Assembly: GCA_030265395.1 (NCBI GenBank)
Contig: JARFYF010000061.1
Span: forward strand, 13,016,653-13,080,652
DNA from: Rhina ancylostomus
Taxonomy: Eukaryota
Direction of reading: 5' to 3'
DNA: 64,000 nucleotides
Part shown: in pieces, positions 49,317 to 62,049 of the stretch
Layout of the letters: each line of letters begins with the position of its first letter
Position numbering within the stretch: position 1 is the first letter of the stretch
The notes under the pieces: generated by a model
The model's input: only the letters and a program-made list of their open reading frames with translations
What the model was told of the DNA's origin: nothing
Databases searched by the model: none
Position numbers and translations under genes: made by a program

Positions 49317-52300
49317 CTGGAGCAAAATTAAGTTTGTAAAAACGTTAAAGTGTATTTCCTATGTCAATGATCCCTATTATGGAAGAGAATATGTTAAAAA
49401 ATTAAGCACTTTTGTTGAGAAATAAAATCCTAAAACACTACATGAGAAAAACACCTGAACTATTTTCAGTTCTGTTAGCAGACAGTTTTGGTAGCTATTG
49501 TTTTCAGTGATTTTTAATTTGATTCCAGGAAACTCATGTACATCTTAACACTTGTGCACAGAGATCCCTAAATGACTTAAACATGGTTGTAACCACAAGT
49601 GCACACAAGCTCAAGATTTCCTTATGGAAGGGCTTTGTGCCTAGTAGTATAAATAAGTGAATTCAAAATTCATTACCAATTTTTCAGCACAGTTAAGACA
49701 TTTTGCAAACTGTACACAATCCACCCTTTCTGAATTTATCATGTTGGGTATTTCAGTGTATGGAACTGATTGTTGTAACACTGCTAGCAGACCTAATTTT
49801 TAAAGGATTATTTAACAGATTTTTCTATTCTTATCACCTGAGAATAAATGGGCTGCAACAGACAAACTGGTCAAGGAGTTTTTTTCATCAAAGGCTCACC
49901 CTCTCTACTGACTGCCAGGCATTTGTTCTGCACGTCTCCCTCTGCTCCAGCTAGCTGCCCAACCAACTACATGTCCTTGATTATGGTGTGGTTTAATGCT
50001 TTGGCAAATTTAGCTCTGTTCTGTCTGAAATGGATGAAAAGGAAAAGATAGCAGGAGGAAGTGTAGTGTTGGGAACCGGGTAGCATTGACTGTAGATGAG
50101 AAGAAATGGAAATTGCCTTTCTACTGGGTGGCCAAGCAGTTTAAGATGATACAACATGGGATACTTGATGGCTGCATTCTATGCCTAGAGCCTGGGACCA
50201 CAGGTGTCTGAATGTGGAAGGCTGCCCCGCATTCAGACATCATCACAGGAAAGAATTCATTAATGGGGGAAAGTTCTGACAAGATTCATATATCAGTGGT
50301 GATCTCAAACTTGAGATAAATTCCTTGTTCTCTCATTGTGCCCATTTTAATCTAGACATTAAGGACTCAATAGATTTAAATACAGAAAAAAATTGTGACA
50401 TGTTGGTCATTTCTCCATTTTTAGGGCCTTCTTGAAGAATGTAGTTTTAACACTTTCCTAATATAATCTGGTAGTTAATGTCACATGCATCTCCTAAATG
50501 TTGTCAAAAGTGGCCAGCATTAAGCCACTATATGAACAAAATATAGTCCAAACATGTTTTCACTCAATGGTAAAAATAATTTTCTGAAATTTAACTTTGT
50601 CTTTTAAGTATATGGAGGTTTTACAATAATTGCTGTATTCTAAGGATACCAAAAATAGTTGAGGATTTTAATAATAGGCATTTTGTGTAGAACTGTGGCA
50701 TTTTGAACACAAGGGGAAAAACTAGATGTGCAGAACAGTTGATTTTAGTTGGCCATCGTTTCTGGAACAAAATGCCATGGCTCTCTAAACCTTGTAACTT
50801 TACACTGTTGTTACACTTTGTCAAGCAAAAGTAATGTTTCTTTGCTGTGGCCCACAGTAATCAAGTTAGGACTGATAAATTTTAATTGGGTTATTTGCTA
50901 GCTCAGTTTTGATATAAAACATCATTATTTATCCACAATAAGGCAACTTTGGTCAACTTCCATTGAGGTTAACATTCTTCAAAAATGAAGGGGTTTGCTC
51001 TTCCTCTAGAGAAATCCAGCACTATCAATGTGACCTGTTGTGTTTATCTTATTTTTCATCTTTTAAAGTGAGCACATATGTGATCTCAATTTTAATTTAA
51101 TGCTGTCATATGGTGTGCAATATGATCTTCCTTTCCCGTAGTCTCATCGTTCTGAACTCTTGCCTTTTTTTTGGGATACTTGAGGCATTTGTTGTTGCAT
51201 TAAGGCACTCAGTTTATAGATACTACATATCTTTCTTTAGACACTTTTCATGTACTATAGATTGGGAAGGTGATATCAATAAGTGAGGGATTGTAATAGC
51301 ACAGGCTGCTATGGAATTTGAATTTTGCACACATAATTTTACTGTATCATTATGGACTGTCACTGTTCCTGTCAGCTGAGAATTTATACAAGCAATTGAT
51401 GGGGCTAAAACATCACTGAGAAATGATTAAAATGACATTTCCTTAAGAGCAAAAAGGCTGTGTTCATTATTCCCCATTTTACCATCAAAAGCTGAGAAAG
51501 ATTATAATTGAATTGCCAGCGAATCCAGAATTAATCCAATCTCTCGCTAAAGAAAGTCTATTTGTCCCTGTAGAGCAGCTAGCAGGGTGCTTGCTGGATA
51601 TCACAGTCCAGTAAGTGGAGGGACACCATGGTCCTGCACAATATACCTTCTCAAAAAGTGATATTTAAAAAAATATTGAAGCACCAACTACTTCACCTCT
51701 CATCAGGAATTGCATTCCTAGAGTATGAATGCCCAAACAATGGCCCAGAAGTCAAATTTGGCCAATAGCAGCATCTGGCCTGGCTGCTCTAGGGCAAATA
51801 CTATGATATTTTACTGTGCACACGGCATGGCATTTGCTGGAATTTCCTCATATGAGAGGGTAGAGCAAGTGCTGAGGAGCAGCTTACCGAGGATGGTCAG
51901 AGAATCGAGACCTGGGAAAAGGTTGGTAGAGTTGAGCCTTTTTTTATGCATTAGAGTTTGGCACAAGTTCAAATGACTGTTGGTGCACATATCCAGCAGC
52001 CTCTGTGTACTTATGCATCTTATGCCAGGAAGTACTGGCAATAATTTCAGCCCATAACCCTAAAAGTGACCCTCTGGCCTCTGAGGGATGTTTTTTGGAC
52101 AGAATTTCAACTCTTGCCTCACACAGCCCCAAGGATGCCAATGCAAACCTGGTAGATTTGCTTCTGTGGCAGAATGTCCTGCTGGTAAGGGGAGCAGTTT
52201 AATTTAATGAAACTAAGGTTCCAGAATAGTGAAAATTGGGAGGAAATACTATTATGTTGTGGAGTCCAGGATCCACACCCAAGGAGCAGAATGCATTTTG

Positions 52301-53547
52301 TTTAAAAAAAGTCAAAAGAGTACTTGTTAAATAAATTGTGCACAGTAGAATATCCTAGTAGGAGTGAAATTTACAATTACATTTCAAGCCGTCAGCAATG
52401 ACGCATGAACAATTAACTGATCCTTTGAGTAAATAAGCAATGACTTTTTCAGTTAACTAACAGGATGCTATTTGATCTCATATTACATTATAATGCACCA
52501 TTTGACCAATTAGCAGGCAGCATATTTTAAAAAGGGTCAACTGTAATTCATATTAATGCCTTGGCTTGATACAAACCAGAAGTAATAAAGCGTGCAGTTT
52601 TCCCAGAATAGATTCCCATTATTTGCAAATGGAGTGTGGATGAGAAGCTCTCTCATCACCTCTGATATGCTCCCCTCAAAACAGCAGCCCTGCCAAGAAG
52701 CAGAGCCAACTGTGTGATGTTGGTAAAATTAGCACGAAGTGCAAGGTAACTGGCATGGTAAAGTGATTGACAAATTGCTAACAGTAACTAGGATTTTAAG
52801 TAAAACGCATGCCTTGATTTATTTTTGGTATATTAATAAAACATGAGTTAAAATGAAATTATTATGGTTTATGATTGTAAACTTCTGGTCATAAGGGTGT
52901 ATCCTGCAACAGAATTGTAAATGCTTCATAACTAGATTGACAATTTCTGTGACAGTAAGGATAGATGGGGCAAGAAATCAGTCCAGCAAAATTCACAAGT
53001 ACTGGTCACAAAAGTATTACTCATTAATGCATCCGGTTCTAATCACATTAGCAGAGCTGAATGTGCGGGAGGCAAGTACAACCAGAGGCTGATTTTCTCA
53101 CAGTAATTTAGCACTGGCAGATGACAGGCAAATTTTTCTCACTTGTATTGTGTTTTGAATCCATGCCCTTTTGTTTTCCATATCTTCCTCCCCTTCCTGG
53201 TTTTGAACAGCCCCCTGAACAAGATGCCACTTTCTAATTTCTCTATTTGAACTCAGGAAAACATCTGGTTGCGAGTTCAATGCTGCACTTTTAATTCCAT
53301 CAGGCAACCCTGTGCCAACAGATACGTTTGCGTGCGAGATACAGAAATACTCTCAGTTGAAATAGAAAAAAATATTAGCATTGGCACTTTTTGAAAGTAT
53401 CCCATGTTGGTAGAATTCCAAACAAATAAAATAACACATTCCAAGTAAAATACCCAAGTATAAAGAATTTGAAGCTAAATCAAGTGTAGTATAGTATGAA
53501 ACACATAACCAAATAAACAAAGCAAGGAAATAGTTTTCTGCTCATGG

Positions 53548-53571
53548 TTAGTCGATAGCTTAGTCGATAGC
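53548..53571. repeat. Perfect 12-bp tandem duplication (TTAGTCGATAGC)x2
   Basis: Read directly from the sequence. Confidence 0.9.
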
Positions 53572-54833
53572 ATGCAAATTAAAATACAATTTACAAGCAC
53601 GATACTTTGCAATTATTTCAGTCACGAAAATCAAAGGCACCTAACAAAGATTTTCCTATTAGTCTCTTGTCTAAACTGAACATGAGAAGTAGTTTATATC
53701 TCAATGAATTCCTCAAAAGAGAAAAATTGTTAGAAGATAAAAATATTAGATCAGTTAATAAATTGAAACAGAACACTTAGCTAAATGGCTGATATCCATT
53801 GGAGTGATTGTAAGGGACAGTTACTGGCTTATAATAATAAGGTAGATTTCTCCAACATGCAGAATTTCCATCACATTGGTTAGTGAGATGCATGGGTGAT
53901 TTGATTTTTTTTTAAATATAAAAATCAGGCAAGGCCTTTTGAACATTTTATCCATCATAAATGGTAAAATGTTCAGGGTTAGAACTGTAATGGCAGTGAT
54001 TGACAGAAGGAAACATCAAGAATCAAACAATGGCATTGACTATTCCACAACAAAAAGGTACAAATGGAGGAAGGAATGAACTGAAACTGAAGTGCAATAG
54101 ACCAACTTAAATAACAGCATTTGTATAACGATCGCCAACACATATCAGAAATGTGCACGTCTTAACTGAGGTAAAAGTAATTAAAATAAAAACACTGCCA
54201 ATAAAACTGAGAAGAAACCTGCTTTAGCTGCTTTTTTAAAAAAATAATCTATCTGAACAGGATCAGAGATTTATAAAAGGCAAAGAACTGTCCTCTTTTC
54301 CCATGCACTTTAATGATTTACTTTCTTGAGTCCAAATGCTGTAGATTGAGCAAGAGTCCCAGCATGTAAAAGTGAATGGTAGCTGATTATTAACGCTTAA
54401 ACTCTAAGAAAATCTCGGCCTTTGTAATGTGCATTATACACATGACATACTATAGTTTTTGATTAAACTTGCTCCCAAATTTAACTTTACACATTTTACA
54501 ATAGTTTGACAGAATCATAAAACCAGGCTGTCTGAAAGAGAGTTCAGGGATTCCTCAGCATTAGGTACAAAGGCTTTGTTATTTGATACCTGAAACAAGT
54601 TGGAATAACCAGCTTCCACTTCACACAATGCAGACTCAGAATTTTAAAAAGTGCAGAGTTTCACTCCATCAGCACCTGTCCTGATCGGTATTGTTTTACT
54701 TTGAGGCCAGAGGCTCATTTGAAAACAAAACAGAACCATCTTCAACCATTTTGATTAACTGAATATATATATGGCAGCTTTTAATAAACAGGTTTCCATT
54801 CAGTGGAAGAAAGTTTCCCTTCAAAGGCCTTAC

Positions 54834-54977
54834 CATTGGGGACAGCAGATAATGTTTCAAAATAATCAAAAGTGTCCACATCATCTTGCATTGTAACTTT
54901 TCGTGAACCGATCACATTTGGAGATACTATCGGATCACTTACAGCAGTGGAAGCAGAGGCTGCTGGAACATCCATTT
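54834..54977 (-). CDS. SEMA6D: SEMA6D long stalk cassette exon, 144 nt, phase 1-1
   Basis: catcacag|AA then MDVPAASASTAVSDPIVSPNVIGSRKVTMQDDVDTFDYFETLSAVPN; donor G|GTAAGG. Resembles the mammalian DMEVSSSS...SRKFVVQDD...LSGIPK exon (recalled). Confidence 0.85.
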
Positions 54978-55577
54978 CTGTGATGACAGATTTAAGTTAT
55001 TTGAACAATTAATGGGGTGGGGATGAAATTATGGATAAATTAACTGTTAATGCCAAATTACAGCAGAGTAAAGGTCTAAAGCCATATTAAAATGTGCAAG
55101 TAACACAAAGGCCCTTTGACCAAATGAACTTGGTCTGAATTATACCTTTAAAAGTATAGGCGAGAGATTGGGCTGTAAGTTGTGCAGAGCCTTCTGATAC
55201 TTGTACACCTCCAGCCTCAATGTTCTGTATGGAGAGTCAGATGACAGAAAAGAGGCCATTTGGCTCACTGAGCCTGTGCTGATTTTTTTTTTAAAAAGAG
55301 CTACAACATTAGTTTGAATAATTTACTTCAAGTTACCCCCAAACCCACAACATCTAAAGGCTTTCCTAATCTATCTGATTCAGGACATTTTCAAAAGTGC
55401 ACTATTCACTGAACCCTGTCCCATTTCAGGATCACCTGATTGACTTGCCAAACCTCCACCTCTGGGAATGCCTTGATAAAGGAAATTTCAGATTTTCCAT
55501 GATTCAAAAAGTGTTTCCTTTGCTCCCACATCCTCCCCAGAGTCAGCACCTTGACTTGGGAATGGAGACATTTTCAC

Positions 55578-55578
<1 letters not shown>

Positions 55579-55616
<38 letters not shown>
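55579..55616. repeat. (GT)19 microsatellite in SEMA6D intron
   Basis: Read directly from the sequence. Confidence 0.97.
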
Positions 55617-55617
<1 letters not shown>

Positions 55618-55814
55618 GTGGCTATGGCAGGTACTACTTCCCACACTAACTCCTCGATGAGCAGAGTGACAGGAATTGATAATGAACTGAAATCTAGCTG
55701 TGGATGCCACAAAGATAAGACTTCAGAACATCAGCTTGATGTGTCTCCATTTAGAAATAGCTAAAATAAGGATTTTCATGGTTTGGCAGAAATGGCATTA
55801 ATTTGGGAAACCTG

Positions 55815-56910
55815 TCAGTCAGCGTGGATCGGTAATACCATCTCCTCCTCGCTGACGATCAACACAGGCACACCTCAAGGATGCATGCTTAGCCCACTGG
55901 TCTACTCATGACTGTGTGGCTAGGCACAGCTTAAATGCCAAATTTGCCAATGACACCACTGTTGTTGGCAGAATCTCAGATGGCAATGAGGAGGCATATA
56001 GGAGTGAGACAGATCAGCTGGTTGAGTCGTGTCACAAAAACAACCTCATACACAATGTCAGCAAGACCAAGAAATTGATTGTGGACTTCAGGAAGGGGAG
56101 GTCAGGAGAACACACAGCAGTCCTTATTGAGGGGATCAGCAGCTTCATGTTTCTGGGCATCTCAACATCTCAGAGGATCTTAGGCCCAACACATTGATAC
56201 AGTCATGAAGGCGGCACACCAGCAGCTCTACTTCTAATGAAGTCCTAATGGTTTGAGGAGATTTGGTCTGTCACCAAAGACTCTTGCAAATTTCTACATA
56301 TGTACTCTACTCAGGGGAGAGCATTCTGACTGGTTGCATCACCACCTGGTATGGAGGCTCCAATGAGCAGGATCAAAAGAGGCAGCAGAGGGTNNNNNNN
56401 NNNNNNNNNNNNNNNNNNNNNNNNNNNNNNNNNNNNNNNNNNNNNNNNNNNNNNNNNNNNNNNNNNNNNNNNNNNNNNNNNNNNNNNNNNNNNCATTCTG
56501 ACTGGTTGCATCACCACCTGGTATGGAGGCTCCAATGAGCAGGACCAAAAGAGACTGCAGAGGGTTGTAGATTCAGCCAGCTCCATCGTGGGCACAATCC
56601 TCCCCACCATGGAGTACGTCTACAAGTGGCGGTGCCTCAGGTGGCGGCGTCCATCATTAAGGACTCTCACCATCTGGGACATGCCTTCACGTTACCACCA
56701 GCAGCGAGGTGGTAAAGGAGCCTGAAGACTCGCACTCAGTGTTTCAGGAACAGCTTCTTCCCCTCTGCCATCAGATTTCTGAACAGTCCACGAACACTAC
56801 CTCATTATTCCTCTCTTGCACTATTTATTTTTGAGTCTTGCACTGTACTGCTGCCGCAAAACAATGAATTTCATGACACATGTCAGTGATGATAAACCTG
56901 ATTCTGAATT
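55815..56910 (+). mobile_element. Rex/Babar-type LINE (RT to 3' end), antisense in SEMA6D intron
   Basis: GTPQGCMLSPL, KFANDTTVVGRISDGNEEAYR, NVSKTKKLIVDFRK, ESILTGCITTWYG. Confidence 0.9.
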
Positions 56911-58303
56911 GATGGATGCCTGGAAATAATGCTAGTATCTGAAGTCAACTGGGAGACCCATTCTGGTGTGAACTATACACAAACAAAGCAGCAACTTCAT
57001 TTGATTAAGATTCACAACCATGGCCCAAATGATATTTACATCTTGCTGTAAAATGTCTGGGTGAAAAATAATTCTTGAAATGAACACATGGGCCACAGTG
57101 GGGGGGGGGGGGGGGCNNNNNNNNNNNNNNNNNNNNNNNNNNNNNNNNNNNNNNNNNNNNNNNNNNNNNNNNNNNNNNNNNNNNNNNNNNNNNNNNNNNN
57201 NNNNNNNNNNNNNNNNGGGAACAAGATGGACTAATGGCTATTTTCACACACCGAAAAGAAATTAAATCAGTATTACTGCATTATGGAATTTACATTAAGA
57301 TAATGTATGAGGGTTTTGCGAAATGTCCCTTTTAAATCTGCAGTGTTTTGCTGAATAGCAAAGAGAGCAGCTTACAGCTTGACATCAATCTTAGTGGTTG
57401 ATTCAGGACAGTTGGTGTCAGCAACAGTGTGTAGCAAATTACTTCTGAAATTGCATGGAGTGTGCATCCCATCATTTTTTTTTGCACCCAGTTTGCTTTT
57501 AACAGGCCCTCATCTTATTGATCCAGAAATCCTCAGGTGAATTAAGGCCACACTAGGATGGGTGTCATTTTATACCACGCTACTCTTTCATTATCAGTGG
57601 CAGAAAGTCAGCCTCTATGGGTTAGGAAGCTTGGGGACTAGATGCCACAATTATCTGGATCAAGTGCAGGTGCTCATCAGTTTGGAAAGTCCGTTACAAT
57701 AGATTTTGAACTTCCTTAAACAGCAAAACACTGACCACTGCACAGACCTCATGACTTGCTCACAATCTAAGCTGCTGGGGGATATAATGGTTATCTAAAC
57801 TGGTGCTCACAGTACAATCTGTATCTCAACACGAAGTATTTTAACATTTTCACAGGATTACATTCTTTTAAATTGAGAGTGTAGCTTAAAGTCCAACAAG
57901 ACAACAATGTGTTAACATTTCATTAATGAAGCACAGATCTGGATTTCTGAGGAAAAAAAGATAAGCAGATTAGCAGTTAACCAGTGAGATGCCTTCACAT
58001 GCTTGGGAAGCAAAGAAAACTGGGCTGCTACAAAATGCATCAAGTGTCGTAGAGCAATGTGTTAAAAGGTAACCCCTTGGGTAAGAAACCTGATTAGTCA
58101 GCGGAGGCGGAGAAACGTGCTGGGAGCCACTAGTGATTGAGGAGGAAAGAATGATTAGTTTGCTATATCGTGCTTGTGGCTGGCAGATGGAGAACAAATC
58201 ACATGTGGCCATCTGCCAAGTGAGCAGAAAGGGAAAAGGGTAAAGTTTGCTGAGGCAATGGAAGGAGGAATAGGCAAAAGCAAACAAAAACCCCAAAACT
58301 AAC

Positions 58304-58354
58304 CAGATGTTGGATCACCAAATGATTTGTAATCTGGTGTAGCGACCAAGATTT
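58304..58354 (-). CDS. SEMA6D: SEMA6D short stalk cassette exon, 51 nt, phase 1-1
   Basis: ttcttctag|AA then ILVATPDYKSFGDPTS; donor G|GTTAGT. Resembles the mammalian alternative exon EILPTSTTPDYKIFGGPTS (recalled). Confidence 0.85.
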
Positions 58355-58729
58355 CTAGAAGAATTAAAAGAAAGATTAGTAGGGAAAAAAACAGTTCAAA
58401 ATAAAGATAACGAACTGAGCAAATGAAATGGTTTAATCAAAATCAGCTGTCGACACCACGTAAACAAGACTTCAGAACATCAACTTGATGTGCCGCTGTT
58501 TAGAAATTGCTAAAATAATAGATTTTCAGCTCTGCAAACTATATTAGGATGATCAAAAAGTTGGCTCTTTTGAAAGTCTACATGTTATCTGGTTGAAATG
58601 TTAGTCATGCATGAAATTACAAAGTGGGACTCGGTAACTGAACATCAGAGTACCTGTCTATTGGCTTGTGGCTTCAAATCCTAAATTCCCCCCATATTAA
58701 TGGAAATTGGTTAGAGAAATCTCACTTAC

Positions 58730-58788
58730 CATGACATTCTCCAAGATGTGCTGTATTGCCAGATTCCACATCTTGTTCAAACACAGTG
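58730..58788 (-). CDS. SEMA6D: SEMA6D coding exon, end of PSI, 59 nt
   Basis: caccag|C then TVFEQDVESGNTAHLGECH; donor G|GTAAGT. Confidence 0.93.
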
Positions 58789-58916
58789 CTGGTGATTAAA
58801 AAGCAAAAATCTGAGAAATTGAAATTTAGCGGCAAACAGAAGGGAGAATATCAACTCTAAGTGTAGTCTTGCCAAAGTTATCAGAAATTCAAGTGTTAAT
58901 GAAAACACATACTTAC

Positions 58917-58994
58917 TTCATACCAGGTCTCACAGCTCCACATTATTTATTATCCAGCCAGGCACAGTATGGATCTCTTGAACCAATACAAGCT
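58917..58994 (-). CDS. SEMA6D: SEMA6D PSI-domain exon, 78 nt, contains in-frame TAA at 58943-58945
   Basis: ttactcag|A then ACIGSRDPYCAWLDNK*CGAVRPGM; donor AA|GTAAGT. The PSI motif CxxSRDPYCxW is clear. Confidence 0.93.
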
Positions 58995-60240
58995 CTGAGT
59001 AAAACAGAAAATAATGGGCATCTCTGTGGGTATAGTTCAGTTTTAAATCAGCACATTAGTGGTGTGGGTAGTAACTTGATTGTGTGGTCTGGCACTCACA
59101 GGTACAAAGTCACAGGCATAAGAGTGCTGGCTCAGAGAATCACCCTTTACATCAGTACCCATGAACATTTTGCCTCATGGTTGGTCTCCAAACTTCTGAA
59201 AACATTCAATCTTCCCACAACTGGAAATGCAATTCCCTTTTCTTGGTAACATATTCTACAACGATCTTACCCATTGAATGATAAATGTACAACTTTCATG
59301 CTTTTACCTTCCTATTTCATTTTTAATCTTTCATTCTGGCACTTGAACACTTTCCCCATGGAGGGAGATTTGTCTAGATGGACAATATGTGCATAAATAG
59401 TTTAAAATGCAAACTCTCCTCCATGCAAGGGACAGATACATTGAAATATTCTATTAATTCCACAAGTGATATAGTCTTAACAAGTCACTTCATATAAATT
59501 AAGTTTTTAATATTTTATAGCATTTGTGATTTTTCTTTCTCTGAACTCTGGCTCTTTTTATGTGGTTTATTATAATCATAAAAAGCACATTAATGATCTT
59601 CATTGCCACATAATCCATTATGTCTAGCGACCTATCCTCAATGCTGTGTCACCCCTCAGCAGCCAGCTGATCTGAAAATCTCCAGATGATAAAATATTAA
59701 ATTGAGATTTAACTAGGTTGAACATCCAGGTTCCAGTGAGAACTTCAAAGCCGATATTGATATTTTAGTTCCATTAGCTGATGCATATTTGAAAGTCATA
59801 AATGCAAAACTGCAATCAGTTGCTGCACTAGAAGAAATTGTTTCTGAAAGATGCAAGTAGGACACGTACTGAAAAATGGCAACTTTTCCTGCCGCGACTC
59901 TTCCCCCCCCCCCCCCACCCCNNNNNNNNNNNNNNNNNNNNNNNNNNNNNNNNNNNNNNNNNNNNNNNNNNNNNNNNNNNNNNNNNNNNNNNNNNNNNNN
60001 NNNNNNNNNNNNNNNNNNNNNATAATTCTGCCTGCCTCTCATGCTCCTAAATGTCAAGTCTGTTCCTTGTTATGTGAACTCATCACAATGAAGAACTATT
60101 TGTTTACATCCAATTTGTCAAACCTTCACAACTCCTTTCCATGTCAATACACTGCCCAGTTTAGTTTCTGCAAAAGGATGAAGATGCTTGCTGTTATCAT
60201 ACACTGTTTAAATACTATTATAAAAGTAAGAAACACTAAC

Positions 60241-60381
60241 TTTTTGCAAGTGCCATAATGTTCGCAGTGACTGAGTGGTACACGAATGACACAGCTGGAA
60301 AAGGCCACAAACAAGGCATGGTGATCTTTATCGATCTGCAATCCCAGTACCTTTCTGTCATCTTCGTTTGCAGCATTACAC
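60241..60381 (-). CDS. SEMA6D: SEMA6D coding exon, end of Sema domain and start of PSI, 141 nt
   Basis: aacag|G then CNAANEDDRKVLGLQIDKDHHALFVAFSSCVIRVPLSHCEHYGTCK; donor AA|GTTAGT. Confidence 0.95.
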
Positions 60382-61119
60382 CTGTTTTGTTTCAAAGAAA
60401 GACTCGGTCAGGCACACAGAGGATAATTCAGTTCTTTTAGCTAAAAACTATTTATTTCACATTATCAAAAGAATGAACCTGATCTCACATCTGGAAAGCT
60501 ATGCAATTTCTTTAAATTATCCCCTCAATTCCAAATGATCTAGGAAAATTACATCCAGAGTAAAGTTCTTAGCTCAAGCAATGTTCTGCATTAATGATAC
60601 ACTCCTGCATTGTTAGCAACCTAAGACTGCAATACAGAATACAAGATGAATGAAGGATTGTATTATTTAAAGTACTTAGTAGCAGAAGTATTTTATATAT
60701 TTAAACTAAAGGAGAAAACAGACTGAAAATCTAATGCCCTATTGGAGGTGTCCTCATTTAGAATATTCATTTTCAAGTTGTCTCAAATCAGGCAACTGAT
60801 GGCTTAAGGCAATAGTGTAACAAAGCCCTATAATTGGAGGTATGCGGTGCCTTAATACCTAGGTGGAGGTGCCCACGTTAGGGGAAGTCACCCCAAAGAA
60901 ATACATAACTTGCACTGGCTTATCTCAGATCAGGTATGACTGTAGTGGCATTGGTAGTCATTCAAAATTTTCATGCTGCATCCATTTCTTGACTCGCCAT
61001 TGGACAAGCTAGCAAAGGGCTGAGGGGAATAGTTACCATAAAACCTGTTGGAAGTTTTTAACTCCTTTGATTAATATACTCCTAATAATGCAGAATTAAA
61101 ATAATAAACCTTTACATAC

Positions 61120-61293
61120 TTTAATGGGTTAAAAACATCTATTTCCTCCAGTAGTATGCTGTCATTGAGTGAGCTGGGACTTGTTTTTGTTAATACTTTA
61201 AGCAGCATGCCTGCTTCAGAACCGATAAAGATAACCGTGTAGTTCTGATGGGGACCGGCAGTGTTGTCAATAGCAATTGCTGTCAGGCGGTAC
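61120..61293 (-). CDS. SEMA6D: SEMA6D coding exon, Sema domain, 174 nt
   Basis: tttacag|G then YRLTAIAIDNTAGPHQNYTVIFIGSEAGMLLKVLTKTSPSSLNDSILLEEIDVFNPL; donor AA|GTATGT. Confidence 0.96.
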
Positions 61294-61383
61294 CTGTAAA
61301 AGTGAAACATCATTGAGGAGTTGCAGGTCAATAACTCAACAGGAAAATAGACATGTGTTACTACTTGATTACAAATATCCTAC

Positions 61384-61539
61384 CTGACCCGTGTCTTGGT
61401 GAACCAGGGCTCCTCTATGAGCGAGGGGACAGCTGAGTCCATCAGGGGATGGGATTTGATGAAGGAGAGTGTTTCATCAGGGAAATCAATGGAGGTTTTG
61501 TAAGATTCTGCTGGTGCATGTCCTGCACAGCAACCAGGC
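61384..61539 (-). CDS. SEMA6D: SEMA6D coding exon, Sema domain, 156 nt
   Basis: taaag|G then PGCCAGHAPAESYKTSIDFPDETLSFIKSHPLMDSAVPSLIEEPWFTKTRV; donor AG|GTAGG. Confidence 0.96.
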
Positions 61540-61700
61540 CTTTAAATTAAACACAGTGCTTTAATGGAATTAAAGCTGCTTCAGCACTTTAAGAGAACAT
61601 CCTGAAATAGTTACATAGTGGGAAGATTATAAATTGTTGAATAAGCTTACAAAACTGAGCCTGTTGCTAAAAGTAACAAGTGACCACAAGAGGACTGTAC

Positions 61701-61832
61701 CTTGGCTGTGGTATCCTGTCTTCTGGAACAGCAGTCCAAACAGAGTCTGGTGTCTTTTGCTCCTTAAACCTTCCCTTGAATGATTTTTCAATGTCTTCCA
61801 TATTAAAGGCACACACTGCTGACCCAGGGATA
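61701..61832 (-). CDS. SEMA6D: SEMA6D coding exon, Sema domain, 132 nt
   Basis: tttag|T then [43 protein letters not shown]; donor AG|GTACAG. Confidence 0.96.
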
Positions 61833-62049
61833 CTAAACACAGTGAAAGGATATTGCCATAAAAATCATTTCCTCCACCTTCCATCTTAATGCAGAATACA
61901 GTGCAGAACAGAATATAGCACTCAAAAAAATGTTGGGATTGGGCGAGACACTAAAAATTTAAATAGCTTAAGCCCATATCTAATCCCTCCACTTCTGGGA
62001 TGTACACCAAGAGGACGGGCAGTTAATCTGTCCTTGCCAGACAAATTGG

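Noticed and set aside
51540-52200. GC-richer intronic block with several short ORFs
   Set aside because: No recognisable protein motif or good splice pair; probably an old TE that I could not classify.
56322-56565. ~70-bp direct repeat on both sides of a 100-N gap (shorter overlaps at the 12737 and 34998 gaps)
   Set aside because: Typical contig-end overlap or haplotype duplication at a scaffold gap; probably an artefact.
57970-58296. 108-aa sense-strand intronic ORF after the 51-nt exon
   Set aside because: No semaphorin similarity and non-ATG start; consistent with chance.
58789-58830. Upstream alternative acceptor extending the 59-nt exon, as recalled for a mammalian isoform
   Set aside because: The nearest upstream AG (ctcag) is not in the required phase 2.
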